Shown: piece after piece, positions 9,495-18,346 of the stretch
Numbering within the stretch: the stretch's first letter is position 1
Layout: each line of letters begins with the position of its first letter
From: Thermoproteota archaeon
Lineage (GTDB): Archaea; Thermoproteota; Thermoprotei_A; EX4484-217-1; JAPDJV01
Reading direction: 5' to 3'
NCBI GenBank assembly: GCA_029258925.1
Contig: JAPDJV010000001.1
Location: forward strand, 9,885-73,884
Length of the DNA stretch: 64,000 nt
Position numbers and translations under genes: made by a program
The notes under the pieces: model-generated
What the model saw: the letters and a program-made list of their open reading frames with translations, nothing else
Database searches by the model: none
What the model was told of the DNA's origin: nothing

Positions 9495-10441
9495 ATGAAA
9501 GCTGTTAAACAGAGAGCTAAGAGTGTTTCCAAACACCCTATCCCTGCTCGTAGATAACTGGCCAACACGCTTGTTAGGCTTGAAACAGAGTCGCATGGAG
9601 GTAAAGAGGTTTGGGCAAAGCTGGAATGCTATAATCCATTTAGTAAGAGCATAAAAGGATAGAGCAGTATGGGGTATGGTATTGAAGATGTTGGAGAAGA
9701 GGAGTCTAACAGAGGTCGTTATGGAGGCTACCTCAGGAAATGTGGGATTATCTCTTTTAAGCATTTGTAACATTCTAGGATTAAAATTCACTGCATTCAT
9801 TTTCTCGACAACTCCTCAAGCAACTGAGACACTCTTGAAGACTTTCGGAGCAAATGTTATCAGAACAAACTATGAAACAATAAACCAGGAGTTCTGGAGA
9901 GAGGTCCAAGAGTATGCCGAGAGTACTGGTGCCATCAATTTAAATCAATTCGAAAACGATGCAAACTTCGAAATCCACTACAATACTACAGCAGTGGAAA
10001 TATTGAAACAGTTGGAATCCATAGGTAGGAAACCGGACTATGTTTTTGCTGGAATAGGAACATCAGGGCATATAGCAGCTATTACTAAGAGAATTAGAGA
10101 GCGCTATGGTGGGAATGTGAGAGTTATAGGTGTTCAACCAGCTAGAGGATGCTCTATTCCTGGAATCAAGAGGGTTGAAACTAAGCCTAAGTGGATAAGG
10201 TGTGTGAGCGTAGATGAAGTGGTTGATGTAAGTAGAGCCGAAGCCATTGAGGGTACCATAGATTTGGCTATTAGGGAGGGTATATGTTGGTTTGAGCTCT
10301 GGAGCAGTCTATTCAGCCTACAAGAAGAAAGCCGGTATTAGGGGAACCTGTGTTCTAGTGTTTCCAGATGATGCTTTCAAATACGTTGAAGTATTCGAGG
10401 AATACTTGGCTCTTTCCAGACACCGCTTAGGTTTCAAGTGA
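9495..10441 (+). pseudogene. cysteine synthase / O-acetylserine (O-phosphoserine) sulfhydrylase family (PALP) pseudogene with three lesions
   Basis: Three frames give LANTLVRLETESHGGKEVWAKLECYNPFSKSIK / DRAVWGMV..TSGNVGLSL.. / IVGLSSGAVYSAYKKKAGIRGTCVLVFPDDAFKYVE, all cysteine-synthase hallmarks; in-frame TAA at 9555, +1 shift near 9655, +1 shift near 10285. Confidence 0.6.
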
Positions 10442-10738
10442 TTTTAATTTGTTAAGACTCTCTTAATGCTGTGAGTGCATGCTGATGTTACATGTTTGCC
10501 TAGTTTTCTACTCTCATAAACACTATTGGTCAGAGGAATATAGCGAGAACCAAGCTTCATCCTTATCTCAGTTTCCTCATTGCTCATCGGCTCAGTTCGA
10601 GGAGAAGTCCGAAGTGTTCAAGGGAGTTTTGGAGAGAAGGGAGAGAACGATCAGAGAGCTAGGGTTCTGAAAGATTATGTGGGAAACGGCATGAGGGTGA
10701 TGAAGGGGAGACGTGGAAACTATCAAAAAACTTGGATC

Positions 10739-11296
10739 CTAACAATGAGTGTTGAAGCACTTGGTATAGTTGAGTATCGTGGAGGCTTTCATCAGCGACT
10801 TGAAGGGAACTCCCATGCTCTCTATTCTACTCCTAGCACCCTGCTCTCTATCAACTACTACAACAGCTAAGATGGGCTCACCACCCTCGCTTCTAATAAC
10901 ATTTATAGCCGATGCAATGGAGCTTCCGGTAGTTGCCACATCGTCTACTATAATAACCCTCAAATTCTTAACGAATCCTTCAACTATCTTCATCTCCCCG
11001 TGCTCCTTTCTCTCCCTCCTAACATACGCCATAGGCTTGTTAGTTAATACAGCCATATAGCATGCTAAAGGTATGCCTCCAGTCGCTATTCCAACAAATC
11101 CATCGCACTCATCGACAGGAGATATCTCCAGCAATCCCTCTACAATTAGCCTAAATAATCTGGGTATACTCGGTACCGGCCTTAAATCTATGTAGTAAGC
11201 GCTTTTGATTCCACTTGTGAGAGTGAATTCTCCGAATTTGACTAGACCGTGTCTAAGCATAGATTCCACGATGTATTTTAGACGGTCGTCATCCAA
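10739..11296 (-). CDS. pyrE: orotate phosphoribosyltransferase
   Basis: 185 aa; PRPP-binding motif VIIVDDVATTGSSI; overall OPRTase pattern. Confidence 0.8.
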   Translation of the reverse strand: MDDDRLKYIVESMLRHGLVKFGEFTLTSGIKSAYYIDLRPVPSIPRLFRLIVEGLLEISPVDECDGFVGIATGGIPLACYMAVLTNKPMAYVRRERKEHGEMKIVEGFVKNLRVIIVDDVATTGSSIASAINVIRSEGGEPILAVVVVDREQGARSRIESMGVPFKSLMKASTILNYTKCFNTHC

Positions 11297-11354
11297 TTTA
11301 ATCGCCTTTAATTGAACTAGTATTTCAAACTATTAATTTAACTGTTGTCATGTT

Positions 11355-12023
11355 CTAGCCGTAGATTTTAGCTATTTTCCGCCTAGGATTATCCGAATAC
11401 GTTATGAGTCTACCTACGATCTCGTAATCAGCACCTGCTTCCAACGCTGTTTTAGGTGCAGCTCCTTGAGGTCCTATTCCAGGGGACAATATTTTCAGTC
11501 TGACTCCAACAATTTTCCTGATTTTACGTATTATTTGGGGTCTAGTTGCAGGGGCAACAACTCCCCATACACGTGCATTCTCGGATATTGCTATTAAGTT
11601 CTCTAGGTGCATGTCTATTAGTTCCATGGAGCCTGGATGACTCATGGAGACCACTGTTATCAGTTTCATGGACATTTCACTACATGTTTTAGAGAGTTCT
11701 CCCAGTCCACCTGCTAAACCTATGAAGGCGTGGGCTATTATTGCATTATATCCTACTTCACTCACTCTCTTCAATACTTCAGACATTATGAATCCTATGT
11801 CGGCAAGCTTGAAGTCCGCGATCTTTAGTTCACAGCTTCCCATAGCGTCTGCAAGCTCCTTCAAACCTCTCAAACCCACGTCTAAGAGTAGGGGGAGACC
11901 GATCTTGTAGCCCGCAACAATGTCTGCTGTAGACTCTATTATCCCCTTGCACCATTTTAATGAATCCGCTCCTCTAGGAGGGTCGAGCGCTATTATTACG
12001 TCTCTAGCTTTGATGGCGTCCAC
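11355..12023 (-). CDS. pyrF: orotidine 5'-phosphate decarboxylase
   Basis: 222 aa; IIALDPP..GYKIGLPLLL..ADFKLADIG motifs of OMP decarboxylase. Confidence 0.8.
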   Translation of the reverse strand: MDAIKARDVIIALDPPRGADSLKWCKGIIESTADIVAGYKIGLPLLLDVGLRGLKELADAMGSCELKIADFKLADIGFIMSEVLKRVSEVGYNAIIAHAFIGLAGGLGELSKTCSEMSMKLITVVSMSHPGSMELIDMHLENLIAISENARVWGVVAPATRPQIIRKIRKIVGVRLKILSPGIGPQGAAPKTALEAGADYEIVGRLITYSDNPRRKIAKIYG

Positions 12024-12030
12024 CCCTACG

Positions 12031-12468
12031 TTACTCGCTCAATATTATCTCGGTAAGGTAGTCTATTAGCTCTCTTATAGCATCCTTATTGATCTCGTAC
12101 ATTCTTATCTTCTTATAGCTCCTACACTTCACTATACCTAGACTCCTCATTAAGGCTAGGTGGTGGGAGATTAGGGTGCAGTCCTTATTCAGTATTCCTG
12201 CTATCACACATACACAGTGCGGTCTCCTCATAACTGCGAGCATTTTCAGTCTCAAGGGATTAGACAAACACTTCATCAGTAAAGCCGCTTTCTCCAACTT
12301 CTTATTTGAGGGCACCACTATTTCTTCCTCTAATCTATCCTCGTACGAGGATATTACATCCTCATGGTTCTTATAGTTTATTAATACGTCTTTCACCTTC
12401 AATATCATACCCTCCCCACCCAGTGTAGCCAATGAAATTCTTTTAAACATTTCACCACATTTACCCAT
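12031..12468 (-). CDS. ArsR/SmtB-family winged-helix transcriptional regulator
   Basis: 145 aa; LSNPLRLKMLAVM..CVCVIAGILNKDCTLISHHLALMRSLGIV matches the ArsR HTH (CVC metal-site-like); only 7 nt upstream of pyrF. Confidence 0.55.
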   Translation of the reverse strand: MGKCGEMFKRISLATLGGEGMILKVKDVLINYKNHEDVISSYEDRLEEEIVVPSNKKLEKAALLMKCLSNPLRLKMLAVMRRPHCVCVIAGILNKDCTLISHHLALMRSLGIVKCRSYKKIRMYEINKDAIRELIDYLTEIILSE

Positions 12469-12550
12469 GGTCGATCACGTAAGTCTTAAAAGGAGAATCC
12501 ATTACTTTGTAATGTTGATCAACAACCATGCTGCTTGCGGTGTATGATTA

Positions 12551-13690
12551 TTGAAGGAGAGAGTGTTGATAGTCGATCCCATTAGGAGCGGTGGTGTAGT
12601 ACCTGAGAGTGTGAAGAGAAGTCTTCTGGAATATTTGAATGGCTACTCTGTTTGCATGTACTGTCCAGGAGATTTACACAAAATAACTAAACCAAATATT
12701 AAGAGACTTATTCAAGTAGATCTCCCGGAGTTCATGGGGGCAGATGTTGTGAGACTAGTGCACGGTGCGAGAGAAGCATTTTTCACAGTATTCTACGCCT
12801 TATTCAAGGAACATGTTTTGACGCGGGGTGATAGGGCCCCAGTTATAGTTGTTGATGGAAATACACATTACTCTCTGGAGCTCGCGGCAGAGAGGTCTCT
12901 TCTGAAAATTATTGAAACGGAGACTTCTGGTTATCCATTGTTCAAAGTTGGTCTAGAACATTATGAGGAGGCTTTAGAGTCTGTTGTGGAGGAACACGGT
13001 AAGCCCCCTCTCGTAACATGCATAACATATCCCGATGGAAAATACGGTAACTTCCCCGATAACATTAAGGGAATAATTAAATTAGCGAGGGAACATGGTA
13101 GCTATACTCTAATCAACGCAGCTTACTCCATTGGAAGAATGCCCGTGAGCTTAAGGGATCTTGAAGCAGACTTCATCGTTGGGTCGGCACACAAGTCTAT
13201 GGCGTGTTCAGGACCCTTGGGAGTACTTGGAATGAGGGAGGAAGCGGCAAGTTTAGTATTGAAGAGAAGTGTTCGCCATCCATCAAAGGAAGTAGAGTTG
13301 CTTGGCTGTACCGTTAGAGGTCTGCCTGCAGTATGCCTCATCATGGTAATGCCTTATCTGAGGAGGAGAGTTAAGGAGTGGGAGAGAGTAGTCGATCTAG
13401 CTAGATACTTCTACGAGAGAGCTGAGAGAGAGCTGGGGTTAATGCTTTTGGGAGAGAAACCACATAGCCATGACCTACTTCACTTCGAAACACCTGCTTT
13501 CTACAAGATTTCCCTAAAACTGAGAGACAGGTTTTTCTTATACAAAGAGTTGAAGAAGAGAGGCATTATTGGAGTTAAGCCTGGAATAACGAAGAGAATT
13601 AAATTGAGTACTTACCTACTTAATAGGGAAGAGGTAGACTACGTTCTAGACAGTCTAAGAGAAATATTGGAGTTAGGTGAAGGTGACTAA
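12551..13690 (+). CDS. O-phospho-L-seryl-tRNA(Cys):Cys-tRNA synthase (SepCysS), PLP-dependent
   Basis: 379 aa fold-type I PLP enzyme; CxxC near residues 35/38 (CMYC), PLP-Lys in SAHKSMAC followed by a Cys, the conserved trio described for SepCysS; immediately upstream of and overlapping a SepRS-like gene; TTG start. Confidence 0.6.
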   Translation: MKERVLIVDPIRSGGVVPESVKRSLLEYLNGYSVCMYCPGDLHKITKPNIKRLIQVDLPEFMGADVVRLVHGAREAFFTVFYALFKEHVLTRGDRAPVIVVDGNTHYSLELAAERSLLKIIETETSGYPLFKVGLEHYEEALESVVEEHGKPPLVTCITYPDGKYGNFPDNIKGIIKLAREHGSYTLINAAYSIGRMPVSLRDLEADFIVGSAHKSMACSGPLGVLGMREEAASLVLKRSVRHPSKEVELLGCTVRGLPAVCLIMVMPYLRRRVKEWERVVDLARYFYERAERELGLMLLGEKPHSHDLLHFETPAFYKISLKLRDRFFLYKELKKRGIIGVKPGITKRIKLSTYLLNREEVDYVLDSLREILELGEGD

Positions 13691-15215
13691 TGTGAAACTT
13701 GATATCCAAAGAATTCTAAGAGACTTGGATAAAGAAGAGTTCACTACGGTTTGGGGAAATTATTCTGAAATAATTCCTAGAAAAGGAGGCAAATTAAAGC
13801 TTCCTGAGACCGAGGGCAAGCCCAGCATACTGTTAGAAGTGCTCTTCAAAGTTAGGAAAGCGCTTCTGAACTTAGGGTTCGAGGAAGTGGTCAATCCAAT
13901 ATTCATAGATTCCTCTGAAGTATATCGCCAATATGGTCCTGAAGCCCCTATAATACTTGACAGAATATACTTTCTAGCAGATCTCCCAAGACCAGACATA
14001 GGGTTAGATAAGAAGACCGTTGAGAAAATTAAAGCGATCTCCCAGAACATAAATTTGAGAGTACTTCAAGCAGTTCTGAGGGAGTACAAGGAGAGGAAAA
14101 TAAGTTCTGATGACCTCGTAGGCGAGTTGAAGAAGAGACTACATATTGAAGACCACGAAGCTCTCAAAATACTCGAACTTTTCGAACCCCTAATAAAGCT
14201 CACCCCAATACCGTCATCTCTAACTCTGAGATCCCATATGACTGGAGCCTGGTTTTCTACAATATCGGAAATCTTGGAGTGGAGAGATCCCCCACTATAC
14301 CTATTCTCAATAGACTGGGTTTTCAGGAGGGAACAAAGAGTTGATGAATCCCACCTAAAGTATTATCATTCAGCCTCCATAGTTGTAGTTGATGAGGATC
14401 TTAGTGATGATATAGCTCACAGCTTGACTAGGATAGTGCTAGAGAAAATAGGTTTCAAGAAGTTCAAGACAGTGTTGAAAGATGATACAGCAAGATATTA
14501 TGCCAAGGGCAGGGAGTGGGAGGTATATTTAGATTTCATGGGTGAAGAATATGAGGTTGGAACTTACGGACTATACTCTCCAATATCCCTAGCAAAATAC
14601 GGCATACCCTACCCAGTCTACAACTTCGGTATAGGCTTAGAGAGGCTGGCTCAGGTCATAGTTGGTGAGAGAGATATTAGGAGAATCCTTTTCCCATACA
14701 AATACTTTAAGCTCAGCGATCAAGAAATAGCGGAGCGCATAAAGCCCTTAAGGAGGCCGGAGACGTCTAAGGGAAAACATATCGAGAGAGTGCTGCTGGA
14801 AAAAATATGGGAGCTAAAGGATAAAATTGGTCCATTCAAGGAAAAAATCTACGAGGATGAAGATGTTACGATATTCCTGTGGGAACCAGATCCTAAGCCG
14901 TATGCTGGTAAAGCAACTTTCAACAAGATCTATGTTAAGGACGGGGGCATTATCAGTAGCATAGAGGATATAAGCGGAGTGTACATTGGCCGCTATGTGG
15001 ACTTTATAGTTAAAATGATAGCGTCAAGTATTGAGAGAGGGTTCAGGGGAGTTATTAGGGTTAAGTGGGCTAATGGTCCCTCGGACATAAACGTGCATAT
15101 TCCAAGTAAGATAGTGAAATACATTAACACTATTGGTGGGAGAATAGATATTAAAGGACCTGTGTTTGTAGATGTGATAGTAGAGGACTCTACTAAAGAA
15201 AAGCTCAAAACATAA
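13677..15215 (+). CDS. O-phosphoseryl-tRNA synthetase (SepRS), class II aaRS related to PheRS alpha
   Basis: 512 aa; class II motif 3 GIGLERLAQVIVGERDIRRILFPY located mid-protein and followed by ~180 aa C-terminal domain, the SepRS layout rather than PheRS; 14-nt overlap with SepCysS. Confidence 0.55.
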   Translation: MKVTNVKLDIQRILRDLDKEEFTTVWGNYSEIIPRKGGKLKLPETEGKPSILLEVLFKVRKALLNLGFEEVVNPIFIDSSEVYRQYGPEAPIILDRIYFLADLPRPDIGLDKKTVEKIKAISQNINLRVLQAVLREYKERKISSDDLVGELKKRLHIEDHEALKILELFEPLIKLTPIPSSLTLRSHMTGAWFSTISEILEWRDPPLYLFSIDWVFRREQRVDESHLKYYHSASIVVVDEDLSDDIAHSLTRIVLEKIGFKKFKTVLKDDTARYYAKGREWEVYLDFMGEEYEVGTYGLYSPISLAKYGIPYPVYNFGIGLERLAQVIVGERDIRRILFPYKYFKLSDQEIAERIKPLRRPETSKGKHIERVLLEKIWELKDKIGPFKEKIYEDEDVTIFLWEPDPKPYAGKATFNKIYVKDGGIISSIEDISGVYIGRYVDFIVKMIASSIERGFRGVIRVKWANGPSDINVHIPSKIVKYINTIGGRIDIKGPVFVDVIVEDSTKEKLKT

Positions 15216-15271
15216 TACTTTTATCGATTTCAGTTAACAAGTAGTTAGCACGATTTCAGATTATTGAGCAG

Positions 15272-15958
15272 ATGGTGTCCATGATAGTAGACCTCCACGT
15301 CCACACAAAATTTTCAGATGGACTAATGTCACCTAGGGAAGTATTGAAGATAGCTAGGAGAATAGGTCTTTCAGGAGTAGCTATAACAGATCATGATACC
15401 GTAGATGGGTGCCTAGAGGCTATTAGAGCTAACGTGAGTGGAGATCTGTTAGTCGTTCCCGGAATAGAAGTTTCAACGCCTAGCGGCCATATTTTAGTGT
15501 ACGGTTTACATGAAGCTCCGAGAAAAAATGTGAGTGTTGAAGAACTCATCGACTACGCTAGATCCCAAGGTGCAGTGACGGCACTAGCCCACCCCTTTGG
15601 AAAAGTGTTCTTCGGAAAATATCCAATAGTTGACTCGGAGATCGTCGAGAGGCTTGACTTGATTGAGGGGATTAATGGGAGAATTCCTATGGTGAGCAAT
15701 AGGAAAGCTATAGCTTTAGCCCTCGCCTACGGGAAACCCGCGATAGGGGGGAGTGATGCTCATATTCCCGAGGAACTGGGAACTGCTGCAACATATCTCT
15801 TAGAGAACTGCGAGAATGTCGACGATTTTCTAGTCACTTTAAGGAAGGGTTTATGTAGACCTATTGGGAACACGAGTTTCACAAATATTTTGGGTGGAGT
15901 AGTTAGGAGATTTTATAGGAGAGTTCTCCTAACACTCAATATTATAACCCTCCGTTGA
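15272..15958 (+). CDS. PHP-domain metal-dependent phosphoesterase
   Basis: 228 aa; N-terminal VDLHVHTKFSDG, ITDHDTVDG, later His/Asp residues of the PHP fold. Confidence 0.6.
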   Translation: MVSMIVDLHVHTKFSDGLMSPREVLKIARRIGLSGVAITDHDTVDGCLEAIRANVSGDLLVVPGIEVSTPSGHILVYGLHEAPRKNVSVEELIDYARSQGAVTALAHPFGKVFFGKYPIVDSEIVERLDLIEGINGRIPMVSNRKAIALALAYGKPAIGGSDAHIPEELGTAATYLLENCENVDDFLVTLRKGLCRPIGNTSFTNILGGVVRRFYRRVLLTLNIITLR

Positions 15959-15986
15959 AATAATTATCCTAGTATAAGTCGAGTAG

Positions 15987-17114
15987 GTGGATGTGATAAC
16001 TTTGACCTGGATTTACCTGAGACCTGATGCAATAAGTGTTTGGGAGAACAGTGAGGTTAGAGATAGACTTTCCTGGTATTACAGGGTTATGAGAGATTTG
16101 GCTCCAGCCAGATTCATAATATGCAAGCATATTCCAGTTGAACAGGATCCCTCCTCCCTCAGCGTAGAAGAATTGTGGAAGCAGCACGATAAGGCTGCAG
16201 AAGAGTTTTGGAAAATATATCGCGAAATAGATTCAGGCGAAATGAAACTGGAGGAGTTGGAGAAGCCTAAGTGGAGTCTCCTAGACGTTAAAGCCGAGCT
16301 AGCTAAGAGGATCATCGAATCTTGTAGGCTATGTGAGCATAGATGCGGAGTTAATAGGCTTAAGGGGGAGAGAGGATTTTGCAGACTCTCTTCCGAGACA
16401 ATAGTTGACTCCTGGTTCCTACATTACGGAGAAGAAGCCCCCCTGGTCCCCAGCGGGACAATATTTTATGGAAGCTGTAATTTTAGATGCGTTTTCTGCC
16501 AAAACTATATGATATCCCAGGTGAAGCCGTTCGATGGTATTGTAGTTGATGAAAAACAGTTGGCCCTAATGCAGGAGGAGTTGAGGAGAAAGGGTGCTAG
16601 GAACATAAACCATGTTGGAGGAGAGCCAACTCCCCACCTTCACACGATAATCTCTTCAATGAAGCACTTAGATGAGAATACTCCTCAACTCTGGAATAGC
16701 AACATGTACTGTAGCGTTGAGGCAATGAAGCTGTTACTGGAGGTCATCGACATATGGCTACCTGACTTAAAGTACGGTAATAACAATTGTGCAAGTAGAC
16801 TTTCAGGCATCAAGGGTTACTGGGAGATTGCATCAAGGAATATTAAGATGGCCCACGACCACGGAGACATAATTATAAGACACCTAGTCTTACCGAATCA
16901 TCTTGAGTGCTGCACTAGACCAATTCTGGAGTGGATTTCAAAGAATTGTCCAAGATCCCTAGTAAACGTTATGGAGCAGTATAGACCAATGTACCTCGTA
17001 CCAAGGTATCCCGACAAATACAAGGACATTGCTAGACCTCTTAAAGCAGATGAGATCAAAGAAGCGTATAAGATCGCCGAGGAATTGGGCATAGTATTCG
17101 AGCCAGTAAGCTAA
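15987..17114 (+). CDS. radical SAM enzyme, PFL-activase-like (AmmeMemoRadiSam-type)
   Basis: 375 aa; N-terminal Cys cluster CRLCEHRCGVN..GFCRL then canonical CNFRCVFCQN (CxxxCxxC) radical SAM motif. Confidence 0.55.
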   Translation: MDVITLTWIYLRPDAISVWENSEVRDRLSWYYRVMRDLAPARFIICKHIPVEQDPSSLSVEELWKQHDKAAEEFWKIYREIDSGEMKLEELEKPKWSLLDVKAELAKRIIESCRLCEHRCGVNRLKGERGFCRLSSETIVDSWFLHYGEEAPLVPSGTIFYGSCNFRCVFCQNYMISQVKPFDGIVVDEKQLALMQEELRRKGARNINHVGGEPTPHLHTIISSMKHLDENTPQLWNSNMYCSVEAMKLLLEVIDIWLPDLKYGNNNCASRLSGIKGYWEIASRNIKMAHDHGDIIIRHLVLPNHLECCTRPILEWISKNCPRSLVNVMEQYRPMYLVPRYPDKYKDIARPLKADEIKEAYKIAEELGIVFEPVS

Positions 17115-17122
17115 GGTGATAT

Positions 17123-17338
17123 TTGGAGATGGGGGAAATAACCATAGTTTTTTCGCCGGGAGGAGAGAAGAGAAGAATAGTGGTAGATGAATCGATGAGA
17201 GTCAGAGAACTCCTAAAAACGCTGCTTTTAGATGAGGAAAGCGTTGTAGTTGTTAGGGGGGATGAGGTATTAACTGAGGACAGAGTAGTTAGACCTGGAG
17301 AAATACTAACAGTTTTCAACGTTATGTCTGGAGGCTGA
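17123..17338 (+). CDS. ThiS/MoaD-family ubiquitin-like sulfur-carrier protein (SAMP/TtuB-like), C-terminal Gly-Gly
   Basis: 71 aa, ends ..VFNVMSGG-stop; beta-grasp size; directly upstream of TtuA/NcsA gene. Confidence 0.6.
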   Translation: MEMGEITIVFSPGGEKRRIVVDESMRVRELLKTLLLDEESVVVVRGDEVLTEDRVVRPGEILTVFNVMSGG

Positions 17339-17341
17339 AAA

Positions 17342-18301
17342 TTGAAATGTAAATATTGTAATGGAAAAGCTGTAATATATGTTAGGAGAACAAGGACACC
17401 GCTCTGCCCCAGCCACCTAGAAGAATACCTCATAAAAAATGTGGTAAAAGTCTTCAAGCACTATAGAATAGACTTGTCAAATAAGAAGATATTGATAGCG
17501 TTATCTGGCGGTAAAGATAGTTCAACTATGGCGAGTTTAATGAAGAAGCTTTCTGAAGTAGAAGACTTTGAGGTTGTCGGATTATACATCGACCTCGGCA
17601 TACCAAAATATTCTGATTACAGCTTGAAAGCTGTAGAAAAACTTTCGAGAAGCCTCGATCTAGAAGTTAGAACAATAAATCTTAGGGAAGCCTTAGGCTT
17701 CAATATTTCCGATACCGGATTTAAGAGGAGGACTATTTGTAGTGCATGTGGAATAATAAAGAGGTATCTAATGAATTATGCTGCATTAGTCGATGGTTGC
17801 CAGATCATAGCGACTGGGCACACTTTAGACGACATAACAGCCTACATTCTCAAATCCTACATAACACAGGATCTGAAAAGTCTCGTAAAGTTAGGCGTCT
17901 ACAATCCGCCTTTAAACAAGCTTATCCCCGGAAAAGTTAAGCCCCTCGGATACGTAAGTGAGAAAGAAAGTTTAGTTTACGTGTTATCATCGAATTACCC
18001 CTTCTACCATGAGGAGTGCCCATACGTCTCCCATGAAACCATAGAATTCCAAGCAAAGAGATTTCTCAACATGGTTGAAGCCAAGCATCCAGGCATAAAA
18101 CTTTACATGCTTAGAGAATACGAGAAAAATAGGCAATTATACGAGAAGCTGGTGGAGTACCCACCACTAAGGAGATGTAAAATATGTGGTATGCCTTCTC
18201 AAAGAGAAGTTTGCTCTTTTTGCAGCATAGTAAAGAGAATTACTGGAAGCTATGATAGCGTTCTAAAAATGTGGGAGAATAATTTTCTCAGAATCATTTA
18301 A
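17342..18301 (+). CDS. tRNA 2-thiolation PP-loop ATPase, TtuA/NcsA (Ncs6/Ctu1) family
   Basis: 319 aa; N-terminal CxxC..C..H zinc finger, PP-loop SGGKDS, C-terminal CKICG..CSFCS zinc finger. Confidence 0.7.
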   Translation: MKCKYCNGKAVIYVRRTRTPLCPSHLEEYLIKNVVKVFKHYRIDLSNKKILIALSGGKDSSTMASLMKKLSEVEDFEVVGLYIDLGIPKYSDYSLKAVEKLSRSLDLEVRTINLREALGFNISDTGFKRRTICSACGIIKRYLMNYAALVDGCQIIATGHTLDDITAYILKSYITQDLKSLVKLGVYNPPLNKLIPGKVKPLGYVSEKESLVYVLSSNYPFYHEECPYVSHETIEFQAKRFLNMVEAKHPGIKLYMLREYEKNRQLYEKLVEYPPLRRCKICGMPSQREVCSFCSIVKRITGSYDSVLKMWENNFLRII

Positions 18302-18346
18302 ATTCTCAAAAACATTACAGAGACCTAAGATTTTAGGTGATCAGAT

